64,000 bases of DNA from Chitinophagaceae bacterium (lineage in GTDB: Bacteria; Bacteroidota; Bacteroidia; Chitinophagales; Chitinophagaceae), in NCBI GenBank assembly GCA_025360525.1, contig JANYCA010000144.1:12071-76070 (forward strand). The letters are read 5' to 3'. The notes beneath the pieces are model-generated. The model searched no databases and was not told the origin of the DNA. It saw nothing but the letters and a program-made list of their open reading frames with translations. Below, piece after piece: positions 1 through 9,724 of the stretch (position 1 is its first letter; each line of letters starts with the position of its first letter). The translations under genes were made by a program, and so were the position numbers.

Positions 1-1
1 A

Positions 2-112
2 GACTTTGTTATTGATGGCGGCCCCGGGGGTATGATACCCTCTACTATTGTGGACTGCACTAGCGACGACTGGACGGTAATAAGGCAGGGATTGGGAGAA
101 TGGGAAAGTTAA
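2..112 (+). CDS. 3' end of Sua5/YciO/YrdC-family protein (partial, runs off window start)
   Basis: Manual translation DFVIDGGPGGMIPSTIVDCTSDDWTVIRQGLGEWES*; the IDGG..PST.VD..IRQG pattern is typical of the family C-terminus. Confidence 0.75.
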   Translation, partial: DFVIDGGPGGMIPSTIVDCTSDDWTVIRQGLGEWES

Positions 113-136
113 AAAGCGAACGACCAACCGGCCATA

Positions 137-772
137 TTACAGTGATGATTTTTCCACCAAAAACAAATACACTTCCTTAGGCCCGTGCACTCCGGTTACC
201 AATGTTTTTTCGATATCGGCGGTTCTGCTGGGACCACTGGCGAAAGTGATGAAGGAGGGGATATTACCAGCATACTTTTCTTTGAGTAATTGCAGCGCAT
301 CTTTTACATCGTACACCAACTGATTGGTATAGGCAATGCAGATATGCACAGGGGCATAAACACTGGCTGTGCGGCCGTTTTCCTCAGTTGAACTTAGTAC
401 AATGCTACCGGTTCTGGCAACCAACATTTCGCAGCCTGTAATGGATGCATCACAGGTAGCAAGACTGATGGTATTGCTGTACCTGTTGGACCATTCAGCA
501 TTGCTACAAAATATTTTTGTCCAGTCTTTGACAGTTATTAATTGCTGTAGTCGCAGGTGCAGGTCTGTCTCTTTTTCGCAATACACAAATTTGCCTTGCA
601 GCTTTGTAAATGTTTCGGCAAAAGTTACTTCCAGGTCATCAGTAGCGGGTAAATATATATCCGAGGTACCTTCGCTTTGAGGGAAAGGTAAAGGCACCGG
701 ATTACTCAGTGCCTTTCTTATTCTTTTTAAAATATTTTCTTTGGCGGTTGTAACGCTCATGCTTACATTCAT
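137..772 (-). CDS. LutC/YkgG (LUD domain) lactate-utilisation family protein
   Basis: C-terminal TFASGPSRTADIEKTLVTGVHGPKEV motif. Confidence 0.85.
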   Translation of the reverse strand: MNVSMSVTTAKENILKRIRKALSNPVPLPFPQSEGTSDIYLPATDDLEVTFAETFTKLQGKFVYCEKETDLHLRLQQLITVKDWTKIFCSNAEWSNRYSNTISLATCDASITGCEMLVARTGSIVLSSTEENGRTASVYAPVHICIAYTNQLVYDVKDALQLLKEKYAGNIPSFITFASGPSRTADIEKTLVTGVHGPKEVYLFLVEKSSL

Positions 773-782
773 TTAAGTAACC

Positions 783-2903
783 CTACACTTTATCAGGAAT
801 ACCATCGCCTTCTGCAACTTCCGACAAAGGTGTTTCATGAGGAATTGTAACACTTTCAACACCTACATGTTCAATGATTTCAGGAACATCCAAAGTTTTT
901 CTTTCTTCAAAAGGTCTTTTGCCAATTAAGGTTTCTACATCGCTTTTAAACAGTACTTCTTTCCTTAGTAGTTCCTTGGCCAATTTTTCTACATCGCCTT
1001 TTTTCTCCGTCAATAATTCCTTAGTTCTTACATAGGCTACCTCAATCAATTTACGAACTTCGTGATCAATTATTTTACCGGTTTCCTCACTAAAAGGTTT
1101 GGTAAAAGTGTTTTCCTGATTGGGGTCGTAATAACTGATGTTACCTATTTTGTCATTCATACCATACACCGTAATCATGCTGTAAGCAATACGTGTTATC
1201 TGCTGCAAATCGTTGCTGGCGCCTGTGCTTATTTTTCCGAAGAAAATATCTTCACTTGCCCTTCCGCCCAATGTCATACAAATCTGATCCATCAACTGAT
1301 CGGTATTGTACAGGTATTGTTCCCTTGGTGTGTATTGAGCATATCCCAGGGCAGCTGTACCTCTTGGCACCACGGTTACCTTTAGCAAAGGATACGCATG
1401 CTCCAGATACCAACCACAAATTGCGTGGCCTGCTTCATGGTAGGCAATTATTTCTTTTTCCTCCGGGGAGATGATTTTATTTTTCTTTTCCAATCCGCCG
1501 ATAACTCGGTCGATGGCATCCTGGAAATCACTCATATCCACCGCTTCCTTATTCTTACGGGCAGCTATCAACGCAGCCTCGTTACATACGTTGGCAATAT
1601 CTGCACCGGCAAAGCCAGGTGTTTGTTCTGCCAGTTTATAAATATCCAGCGTGGTAGAAATTTTTATCGGTTGCAGATGCACTTTAAAAATTGCCTCCCT
1701 CCCTACCATATCGGGCTTATCAATAGAAATTTGTCTATCGAACCTACCTGGCCTTAACAAGGCTGTATCCAATACATCCGGACGGTTGGTAGCTGCTAAG
1801 ATGATAATGCCTAAATCGGTGCCAAATCCATCCATTTCCACCAACAACTGGTTCAGGGTATTCTCCCTTTCATCGTTGCTCATCATTACATTCTTTCCAC
1901 GTGCTCTTCCTATGGCATCAATCTCATCAATAAAAATTATACATGGGGCCTTTTCACGGGCCTGCTTAAATAAATCTCTTACACGACTTGCACCCACACC
2001 TACAAACATTTCCACAAAATCGCTACCACTAAGGCTAAAGAAAGGAACCTGTGCTTCTCCGGCAACAGCTTTTGCCAGCAAGGTTTTACCCGTACCAGGT
2101 GGGCCGATTAACAAAGCACCCTTGGGAATTTTACCACCCAATGCGGTGTATTTTTTAGGATTTTTTAAGAAATCCACAATCTCCATCACTTCCACTTTGG
2201 CTTCATCCAAACCGGCTACATCTCCAAAATTGATGTTAACCCTTGATGCTTTATCAAACAAAGTGGCTTTTGATTTGCCTATATTGAAAATACCTCCTGG
2301 TCCGCCAGCACCGCCGCCCGGGCCACCTACTTTACGCATCATCATCACAAAAAGTAATCCTATCAAAATAATTGGTAATAAAGTTGAAACAATCTGGCCA
2401 AACAATTCACCCTCATCATCCGGGAAATCGGGCACTTTTCGCACATTGGGATTTTTATCATAAAAACCCACCATTAATTCGCCAATCGTTTTATCTTTTG
2501 CAATTCCAAAAAACAATTGTGGTCCGCCGGTATTTTTCATCATCACATCATACAGCGGTTTTCCCAGTGTTTCCTGGTAAAATGCAGCATGGCTTTTTAA
2601 TGAATCGGCATATAAAAAAACCCTTACTATACTTTTGTTGCGTATGGTTTTGGTTTTTTCTACATCGCCCATTTTTACCATTTCGTAAAACTTAACTTCC
2701 GAAGTTTCAGCACCTGCCACTGCTACGCCCCGGAAAAAGTTATAGCCTATCAGTGCCGCAAAGGCAATTCCGTAAATCCAATAAATATTAAACTTGGGTT
2801 TCTTTTTACCAGCCGGACCATCTTCTCCGAGAGGGGATAAAATAGGGCTCTTTTTTTTGCTTGTTTCTGTTTGCTTTTCGTCTGCCATATAAAGTGTGTG
2901 CAA
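783..2903 (-). CDS. ftsH: ATP-dependent zinc metalloprotease FtsH
   Basis: Two TM segments, Walker A GPPGTGKT, Walker B IIFIDEID, HEAGH zinc motif. Confidence 0.98.
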   Translation of the reverse strand: MHTLYMADEKQTETSKKKSPILSPLGEDGPAGKKKPKFNIYWIYGIAFAALIGYNFFRGVAVAGAETSEVKFYEMVKMGDVEKTKTIRNKSIVRVFLYADSLKSHAAFYQETLGKPLYDVMMKNTGGPQLFFGIAKDKTIGELMVGFYDKNPNVRKVPDFPDDEGELFGQIVSTLLPIILIGLLFVMMMRKVGGPGGGAGGPGGIFNIGKSKATLFDKASRVNINFGDVAGLDEAKVEVMEIVDFLKNPKKYTALGGKIPKGALLIGPPGTGKTLLAKAVAGEAQVPFFSLSGSDFVEMFVGVGASRVRDLFKQAREKAPCIIFIDEIDAIGRARGKNVMMSNDERENTLNQLLVEMDGFGTDLGIIILAATNRPDVLDTALLRPGRFDRQISIDKPDMVGREAIFKVHLQPIKISTTLDIYKLAEQTPGFAGADIANVCNEAALIAARKNKEAVDMSDFQDAIDRVIGGLEKKNKIISPEEKEIIAYHEAGHAICGWYLEHAYPLLKVTVVPRGTAALGYAQYTPREQYLYNTDQLMDQICMTLGGRASEDIFFGKISTGASNDLQQITRIAYSMITVYGMNDKIGNISYYDPNQENTFTKPFSEETGKIIDHEVRKLIEVAYVRTKELLTEKKGDVEKLAKELLRKEVLFKSDVETLIGKRPFEERKTLDVPEIIEHVGVESVTIPHETPLSEVAEGDGIPDKV

Positions 2904-2953
2904 ATTATTATTGGGTGCTGTTTACTTATTTATTAGGGTATTTTTAAACATAG

Positions 2954-3355
2954 TTAGCTATGCTCCATAGACAGTGCATCGCTCCACATTTCTTCCAACT
3001 GGTAAAATTTTCTGGGTTCGGGCAGCATAATGTGTACCACTACATTGACGTAATCAATTAAAATCCATTGCTGGGCCTGCCTTCCTTCATGTTTAAAGGA
3101 AACCTCCCCACATTTTTCTTTTACATCTTCTTCTACAAAATCTGCAATGGCTTTTAACTGCGTTGGATTGGTTGCTTCACAAATGATAAAGAAATCAGAA
3201 ACGGCTTCAGGAATTTTTCTCAGGTCTAAACTTACAATATTCTGACCTTTTTTTTCAAGGATAGCGTTGATGATGGTTTTAAAAATCTTAGTATTTCTTG
3301 TTAACCTGGTAACACTGCTTTTTTTACGAGTGGATAATACGTCTAGATTGTTCAA
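2954..3355 (-). CDS. rsfS: Ribosome silencing factor RsfS (Iojap)
   Basis: KKGQNIVSLDL, DFFIICEA, WILIDYVNVVVHI, FYQLEEMW motifs. Confidence 0.93.
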   Translation of the reverse strand: MNNLDVLSTRKKSSVTRLTRNTKIFKTIINAILEKKGQNIVSLDLRKIPEAVSDFFIICEATNPTQLKAIADFVEEDVKEKCGEVSFKHEGRQAQQWILIDYVNVVVHIMLPEPRKFYQLEEMWSDALSMEHS

Positions 3356-3499
3356 ATTAATTCATTTATTATTTGTTACTTGATGGATATCCATCTTACT
3401 GTTTTACAAACGATTTTTCCGGTTTCTTTATTTTCTGGCCGGTTGCCTGTAGCTTGCAAATGTTTTCAAAAATACAAATTCTTTACTAATCATACCAGC

Positions 3500-4273
3500 A
3501 TGGCCACAGTTGCTTCAACTTTTAACGTATTGCAAAGTGTTGATAGTACCAACAACTATGCCATGGCAAAGGTTCATGCAGGAATGGCGAAACACGGTGA
3601 TTCTTTCTTTACCATGCAACAAACCAATGGCAAAGGGCAGCGTGGTAAACATTGGGTAGGTGGTAGTGATGAAAATATTGCCATCAGTATTGTTATTGAA
3701 CCTGCTGTACTAAGTTTGTCTCAACAGTTTATGCTTTCTGCTGCTGTTGCTCTGGGAACCTTTTATTTTTTTAGCGCCTATGCAGGTGATGAAACAAGCA
3801 TTAAATGGCCCAATGATATTTATTGGCGTGACAGAAAGGCAGCAGGAATCCTAATAGAAAATGTAATCGGGAATAAAGGGCAGCAATTAAATAGGCTGGA
3901 TAACATGACCTGGAAGTATGCCGTGGCCGGGATTGGTGTTAATGTGAACCAAACCCAATTTGATTCCTCGTTGGCAAGCCCTGTATCGCTAAAACAAATT
4001 ACGGGTAAACATTTTGATTGTACAGAACTAGCACGGAAACTGCAACAAATTGTATTAACAGAAGTTGAAAAAGTGCTCCATGGCCATTTTGAAAAAACCC
4101 TGGAACAATACAATGAACATTTATTTAAAAAAGGCTGTCTCGTTCTGTTAAAAAAAGATAGTGTGGTATTTGAAACAACCATCCAATCTGTAAACGATGC
4201 AGGACAACTGTTAACCACAGATTTAATAGACAACCAATTCGATTTTGGAGAAATTGAATGGGTATTGAAATAA
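3500..4273 (+). CDS. birA: Biotin--[acetyl-CoA-carboxylase] ligase (group I, no HTH)
   Basis: VDSTN, QTNGKGQRGKHW, IKWPNDI, KAAGILIE motifs; ATG at 3500 preferred over the ORF-track start 3380. Confidence 0.92.
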   Translation: MATVASTFNVLQSVDSTNNYAMAKVHAGMAKHGDSFFTMQQTNGKGQRGKHWVGGSDENIAISIVIEPAVLSLSQQFMLSAAVALGTFYFFSAYAGDETSIKWPNDIYWRDRKAAGILIENVIGNKGQQLNRLDNMTWKYAVAGIGVNVNQTQFDSSLASPVSLKQITGKHFDCTELARKLQQIVLTEVEKVLHGHFEKTLEQYNEHLFKKGCLVLLKKDSVVFETTIQSVNDAGQLLTTDLIDNQFDFGEIEWVLK

Positions 4274-4331
4274 AGGTGACTGTTAGCTGCAATCTATTTA
4301 AAAAATGGCTGCCCCGCTTAAATGTAGCAGC

Positions 4332-4643
4332 TTATTCAAACTCCGAATTTCTGGCCTCCACTTCATATTTATTATTGCGGTACCCATGCAGGATACTTTC
4401 CCAAACATATTTCAACGAAAACAATAAAAACCCGTGCTCCTTAAACTGCCGGATATGGCAAAGCTCATGTTTTACCCAACGGGTATTATTTAAAAAATCA
4501 ACCCTTGAAGCATGGTGAAGATGAATGGTTTTGCCAATAACAATGGCCACAGCAGGAACTTTCAGCTTTTTGGCCGCCAGCCATGCTACCCAGGAGTTTT
4601 CTTTGATTGTATAGTTTTCGTTAGTCAATTTCCTCAAAGGCAT
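4332..4643 (-). CDS. Small DUF4157-like HExxH protein
   Basis: A(I)VIGKTIHL...WVKHELCHIRQF...NKYEVEAR pattern. Confidence 0.65.
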   Translation of the reverse strand: MPLRKLTNENYTIKENSWVAWLAAKKLKVPAVAIVIGKTIHLHHASRVDFLNNTRWVKHELCHIRQFKEHGFLLFSLKYVWESILHGYRNNKYEVEARNSEFE

Positions 4644-5091
4644 TTAATATTTCTTCAGTATGTTGCTTGCTCCTGGGCTTTAAAAATATCTTTTTAATGA
4701 TACCTTTTTCGTCAATTAAAAAAGTTGTACGCAACAGACCCAGGTATTCTTTGCCATACATTTTTTTTGCACCCCAAACACCGTACTTATCGATTATGGT
4801 GCGTTCCGTGTCTGCCAGCAATGTAAAGGGCAACGTAAATTTAGTTTCAAATTTTTTGTGCTTGGCTACTTCATCCGGACTAACCCCTATTACAATGATG
4901 CCTTCCTTTTGCAAGGCAGCAAAATTATCTCTCAGGTTGCAGGCTTGTTCTGTGCAGGTAGGTGTATTATCCTGCGGATAAAAATACAACACTACTTTTT
5001 TCCCTTTAAACTGTGCCAGCGAAACTTTATCGCCGTTTTGATCAACTCCTGTAAAAGCAGGTGCTTTCGATCCTTCTGTTAAATCTGTCAT
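4621..5091 (-). CDS. bcp: Thioredoxin-dependent thiol peroxidase Bcp
   Basis: VVLYFYPQDNTPTCTEQAC peroxiredoxin-Q motif. Confidence 0.95.
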   Translation of the reverse strand: MTDLTEGSKAPAFTGVDQNGDKVSLAQFKGKKVVLYFYPQDNTPTCTEQACNLRDNFAALQKEGIIVIGVSPDEVAKHKKFETKFTLPFTLLADTERTIIDKYGVWGAKKMYGKEYLGLLRTTFLIDEKGIIKKIFLKPRSKQHTEEILNAFEEID

Positions 5092-5229
5092 TATAAAATA
5101 TATTTACCTCAAATCAAATAAAGGGGATCAGTAATACAAAGAATAGTAATTCAATTTTAGTTAGCCGGCATGCTATAGTAAGCCGATACTTTTTACCGGC
5201 TTTTGCAGTTAGGTTGCAATGGGCAAAAC

Positions 5230-6942
5230 CTATCTGTTAAACCTATACAGCCGCTCCGTTTTATTCCCTACACAATCTTCCACGCTTATTTTTAACTCAT
5301 GTGCTCCGGGTGGGCAATATTTATCAAATTTATAGATGAACGTTTTGCCTTTATCATTGCTAAATCGCAGCCACCGGCCATCCAAAGTTGCCCTAAAATT
5401 TGTTAACTCTTCTGTATTATCCAAAATAACAAACGCAATACGATTTAGTTTAGCGGCATTTATCCCATCATAAAAACCGACAGGCCGTATAGTTGGCGGG
5501 GTAATATCCGTGAGCAACTCTACATTACCCAGTGCCTTAAAACTGGCTTTATACCAACCGGCTTCTTTGCCATTTATTACCGGCATTGCTTTGGCGTAAT
5601 CATCTTTACTACCCCACCAACGGTGCATCACCATTTTATCAGGATAAGCTGTATTCGTATTTTTTATGCTGATGGGAAACATAGCCTGCACCGGGATATT
5701 CCCCGAATGTAGCTGGTAAGCCGGCTCACCCGCTTTTCCTTTTATATCCGTAACCTTAAAATAAAAAGAATCGTACAAATGTGTTTCGGGTATGTAGAGG
5801 CTGATGTCATTATTTTCGAACACATTTACATAGCCGGGTTTAAATAAATCAGGCGATACCGGAGCAGTATAAACAGGCAAACTGTCATTGCTTTTTACAG
5901 CAAATTGTACAACAGCTTTATTGCCTTCGGTATCCTTCACTTCAATTTTTACCTGCCGGGTTTCGTCGGCATCAATATTGATAACACCATCACCGTTTAC
6001 TTCTTTATAAATACCATTTTTATACCCTGGCAGTCTGCTCAGGTGCTGCACAAAAGGCCCGCCGGTACTGCGTAATTTGTAATCAATGTGTGCATTTAAA
6101 TACCGTGTTTCATCATAACTGATACTGTCTAATTGAAAACCAATAACAGGCTGATCATCTACAAATAAGTCTGCTTCAAAAATGCCATTGGCGTTAGATG
6201 AACCATTGCTTCTGTCAACTGCAGCAATGGCAAAACTTACTTTGTTGAAGGGCAGCACCAATGTAGCCAGAACTGTTACATACACGCCATTAACCTTTTT
6301 TATGGGAATGAATCTGGGGCTTTGTTCGTAGGTACTTTTTGTACGGTCGTAAACCGCAAGCCGCATTACAGAGGGTGCAATATTATCCGGCACCGGAAAA
6401 CCAAACAGCAACGGGTTAAGCACTTTATCTGTTTTGGTATCCCGTATTTCAAAATGTAGATGTGGCCCTTGCGAGCCGCCTGTATTGCCGCTGTAGGCAA
6501 TAAACTGTCCTTTATTTACAGGAAATAAACCAGCAGGTATGTCAATAAAAACCTTCCAGCTTTCCAGTTGGTATTGTTGCTCTGTTACATATTTTTCCAA
6601 AGCCGGATTAAACTCGTTTAAGTGAGCGTACAAAGTGGTGAGTCCATTGGGATGGTTGATGTAAATGCAGCGGCCAAAGCCCGAAGGTTCAATTTTAACT
6701 TTAGCAATATAACCGTCTGCAGCAGCCAGCACCGGCATGTTTTCCCGCTGGTTCGTTCTGCAATCTAACCCCATGTGATAGTGATTGGGCCTCAGTTCAC
6801 CAAAGTTGGCCACCAATGATTTTTTTGCCTGCACAGGCCAGGTAAAGTAATCTTTAGGATATTTTTTTGGAGTAAAAATTTGAGCAGATGCTGCTACTAC
6901 GCTATTTAAAAATATAGTAAATACAAGAATATTTTTGATCAC
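5230..6942 (-). CDS. Secreted M23-family metallopeptidase with C-terminal beta domains
   Basis: Signal peptide; HYHMGLD, LYAHL and GPHLHFEIR motifs. Confidence 0.9.
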   Translation of the reverse strand: MIKNILVFTIFLNSVVAASAQIFTPKKYPKDYFTWPVQAKKSLVANFGELRPNHYHMGLDCRTNQRENMPVLAAADGYIAKVKIEPSGFGRCIYINHPNGLTTLYAHLNEFNPALEKYVTEQQYQLESWKVFIDIPAGLFPVNKGQFIAYSGNTGGSQGPHLHFEIRDTKTDKVLNPLLFGFPVPDNIAPSVMRLAVYDRTKSTYEQSPRFIPIKKVNGVYVTVLATLVLPFNKVSFAIAAVDRSNGSSNANGIFEADLFVDDQPVIGFQLDSISYDETRYLNAHIDYKLRSTGGPFVQHLSRLPGYKNGIYKEVNGDGVINIDADETRQVKIEVKDTEGNKAVVQFAVKSNDSLPVYTAPVSPDLFKPGYVNVFENNDISLYIPETHLYDSFYFKVTDIKGKAGEPAYQLHSGNIPVQAMFPISIKNTNTAYPDKMVMHRWWGSKDDYAKAMPVINGKEAGWYKASFKALGNVELLTDITPPTIRPVGFYDGINAAKLNRIAFVILDNTEELTNFRATLDGRWLRFSNDKGKTFIYKFDKYCPPGAHELKISVEDCVGNKTERLYRFNR

Positions 6943-7128
6943 CAGTATGTGGGTTTTTGCTAAAAAATCAAATGTACTTGTAAAAAGAAAAAAAGGGTGC
7001 AGATAGTTACTGGAATACTGTGAATAAGGTGGTAAAGTATTTTAATACACAAATAAAAAAACCAGCTTTAAGTAAGCGTTTTTTCTAAAGTAAGATATTA
7101 TTTTAATACTGATTATAAATGCAGAGCG

Positions 7129-8160
7129 TTACACCGCACTTGTAAATTGCCGTAAAAACCGCACATCATTTTCGCTGAATAGACGTAAGTCTTTTATCTG
7201 GTATTTGAGCATGGTAATTCTTTCTACGCCCATACCAAAAGCAAACCCGGTGTATTTGTTACTGTCAATGCCACAGTTATCGAGGAGGCTTGGGTGTACC
7301 ATACCGCAGCCCAGTATTTCAACCCAGCCGGTATGCTTACAAACGTTGCAACCCGTTCCACCACAAATCAAGCAACTGATATCCATCTCTGCACTTGGTT
7401 CAGTAAATGGAAAATAACTAGGCCTGAAACGCAGTTTAAAATCTTTGCCAAACATTTCCTGCACAAAGAAATAGAGCGTTTGCTTCAAATCGGCAAAGGA
7501 TACATTTTCTGCAATGTACAGGCCCTCTACCTGGTGAAAAAAACAATGTGCACGGGCACTGATGGTTTCATTGCGATATACCCTTCCCGGACAAATAATG
7601 CGGATGGGTAATTTGCCCTTTTCCATTTCCCTCACCTGCACACTGGAAGTGTGCGTACGAAGCAACCAATCCGGGTTTTGAGAAATATAAAAAGTATCCT
7701 GCATATCCCGTGCAGGATGATTTTCCGGCAAATTAAGTGCAGTAAAATTGTGCCAGTCATCTTCAATTTCCGGACCTTCAGCCACTGCAAAGCCAAGGCG
7801 TTGAAATATGGAAACAATTTGGTTACGCACCAGGCTAATCGGGTGCCGGCTACCCAATGGCAACGGATCGCCAGGCAAGGTTAAATCGATCGTATTGCCC
7901 GTAGCTGAAACCTGCTGTTCAGTGGCAGCTTTCAGCTCTTCAAACTTTGCTTCAGCAAATAATTTAAACTCGTTGAGCAGTTGCCCAAATTCCTTTTTTT
8001 TATCTGCAGCCACATTTTTCATTTCACCCATTACTTCTTTCACCAGGCCCTTGGTGCCTAAGTATTTTATGCGAAAAGCTTCGGTCTCTTCGCTTTTATT
8101 GGCAACAAAATGCTTTATTTCTTTTTTGTAAGTATCTATCTTTTGCAACAAATTGTCCAT
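7129..8160 (-). CDS. pheS: Phenylalanine--tRNA ligase alpha subunit
   Basis: HPARDMQDTF, LLRTHTS, FRPSYFPFTEPS, GFAFGMGVER motifs. Confidence 0.98.
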   Translation of the reverse strand: MDNLLQKIDTYKKEIKHFVANKSEETEAFRIKYLGTKGLVKEVMGEMKNVAADKKKEFGQLLNEFKLFAEAKFEELKAATEQQVSATGNTIDLTLPGDPLPLGSRHPISLVRNQIVSIFQRLGFAVAEGPEIEDDWHNFTALNLPENHPARDMQDTFYISQNPDWLLRTHTSSVQVREMEKGKLPIRIICPGRVYRNETISARAHCFFHQVEGLYIAENVSFADLKQTLYFFVQEMFGKDFKLRFRPSYFPFTEPSAEMDISCLICGGTGCNVCKHTGWVEILGCGMVHPSLLDNCGIDSNKYTGFAFGMGVERITMLKYQIKDLRLFSENDVRFLRQFTSAV

Positions 8161-8164
8161 AGAA

Positions 8165-8172
8165 CAAAGATA
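8165..8172 (-). promoter_or_regulatory. Bacteroidota -7 promoter box for pheS
   Basis: Minus strand TATCTTTG matches TAnnTTTG just upstream of the ATG. Confidence 0.55.
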
Positions 8173-8320
8173 AGGAAGGATTTGGGATGATGAATTTTGG
8201 AAATGGGATTTGGAATTTTTGATGGGTGATTTGAGGTCGTTGATTTGTGCTGTTTTGTTTGGAATTTGTTAGGTTAGCGATGGGTTATCATTGTTAGGTT
8301 GTAAACCAGCACTTATTTGC

Positions 8321-8328
8321 TAAGTTTG
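8321..8328 (+). promoter_or_regulatory. Bacteroidota -7 promoter box
   Basis: TAAGTTTG matches TAnnTTTG, 17 nt before ATG 8346. Confidence 0.6.
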
Positions 8329-8345
8329 CTCAAAATAAAAATACA

Positions 8346-9473
8346 ATGTACGATTTGCTCGATTTTCTTGCCCCTGTGGATACCTTTTTATTGAACAGCG
8401 ATGAAGGCTACAACGATGGGCAACTGGCAAAACACATATCTACCTATCAAAAAGAGATGCCGGATGTAAGTGCGGCAGATATTGTATTGGTAGGCGTGAG
8501 CGAATACCGTGGTGGCGGACTTTTTAACCCATCGCTTAGTGCAGCAAATATCATCCGTAAACAATTGTATCAACTACATTACTGGCACAGCGATATTAAG
8601 ATTGCAGATATTGGAAATATTGAACCAGGAGCTACCATTGCCGATAGTTATGCGGCTATTAAAACCGTACTGATAGAACTGCTGCAATTAGATAAGACGG
8701 TGATAATTTTGGGTGGCTCACACGATGTAACACTTGCCCAGTATTATGCTTACAAAGAAATGGGTAAAATAATTGAGGCCACCTGCATAGATGCCACCAT
8801 AGATTTAAGAGGCGAAAGTGCCTTACGCAACGAAAACTTTTTACTGGAGATGCTTACCAGCGAACCTAATATGGTAAAGCATTACAACCATGTGGGCTTT
8901 CAAAGTTATTTGGTTCACCCACGTATGCTGGAGACCATGGACAAGCTCCGCTTTGATTGCTACCGGGTGGGTAGGGCTAAAGAAAACCTGGAGGAAATGG
9001 AACCTGTAATAAGAAATACCCACCTGCTGAGTTTCGATATTAATGCCATTAAATACAGTGATGCACCTTCGTCGAGGTGCAGCCCGAATGGCTTTACGGG
9101 TGAAGAAGCCTGTGGCCTGAGCCGCTATGCAGGACTAAGCCCTTTGGTGAGCAGTTTTGGAATTTACGGATACGAGCCGGCGGAGGATGTAAACGAATTA
9201 ACAGCTAAACAAATAGCTCAAATGCTTTGGTATTTTATTGATGGTAAAAACCGCAGCAAGCAAGAAGCCTCCCTGCTGGACAGGCAATATTTTAATGAGT
9301 TTAACACCGTATTTGCAGAAGTGGATACTGTATTTCTTCAAAGCAGAAAAACCGGCAGGTGGTGGATGCAATTGCCCAATGAAAAAATAATCCCCTGCAG
9401 TCACCAGGATTATATTACTGCCAGCCGAAACGAAATACCAGAGCGATGGTTGAGGAGCCAGGAGAGGGGGTAG
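8346..9473 (+). CDS. Arginase/formimidoylglutamase family protein
   Basis: IADIGN, ILGGSHD, IDATID, SFDINAI, PNGFT ureohydrolase-type motifs. Confidence 0.85.
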   Translation: MYDLLDFLAPVDTFLLNSDEGYNDGQLAKHISTYQKEMPDVSAADIVLVGVSEYRGGGLFNPSLSAANIIRKQLYQLHYWHSDIKIADIGNIEPGATIADSYAAIKTVLIELLQLDKTVIILGGSHDVTLAQYYAYKEMGKIIEATCIDATIDLRGESALRNENFLLEMLTSEPNMVKHYNHVGFQSYLVHPRMLETMDKLRFDCYRVGRAKENLEEMEPVIRNTHLLSFDINAIKYSDAPSSRCSPNGFTGEEACGLSRYAGLSPLVSSFGIYGYEPAEDVNELTAKQIAQMLWYFIDGKNRSKQEASLLDRQYFNEFNTVFAEVDTVFLQSRKTGRWWMQLPNEKIIPCSHQDYITASRNEIPERWLRSQERG

Positions 9474-9480
9474 GGAGAAG

Positions 9481-9550
9481 ATTGTTGAAGGTGGTTGAAT
9501 GTTGTTGAAAGTTGTTAAAGGTTGTTGAAAATTGTTGAAAGTAGTTGATG
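9481..9550 (+). repeat. Degenerate 10-bp tandem repeat (consensus RTTGTTGAAR), 7 copies
   Basis: attgttgaag/gtggttgaat/gttgttgaaa/gttgttaaag/gttgttgaaa/attgttgaaa/gtagttgatg. Confidence 0.8.
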
Positions 9551-9724
9551 ATAGGAACTGAGAGTTGAACATTGACCATTCACCACCCATCGCATCAACA
9601 AGGATGCCTTTTCAATTTGTTCATCGATACCCATTACTAAAAGACTTTTGCCGGCGTTCTATTTAAATGTTTAATCAGCAACATAAGCTTACAATGTTGT
9701 TGAAAACTATAACTTTAATGCCAA

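Noticed and set aside
3380-3499. ORF-track N-terminal extensions of birA (also ispH 61594-61716 and GIY-YIG 60092-60154)
   Set aside because: The extensions lack family similarity; the ispH one spans a promoter box and the GIY-YIG one runs into the tRNA.
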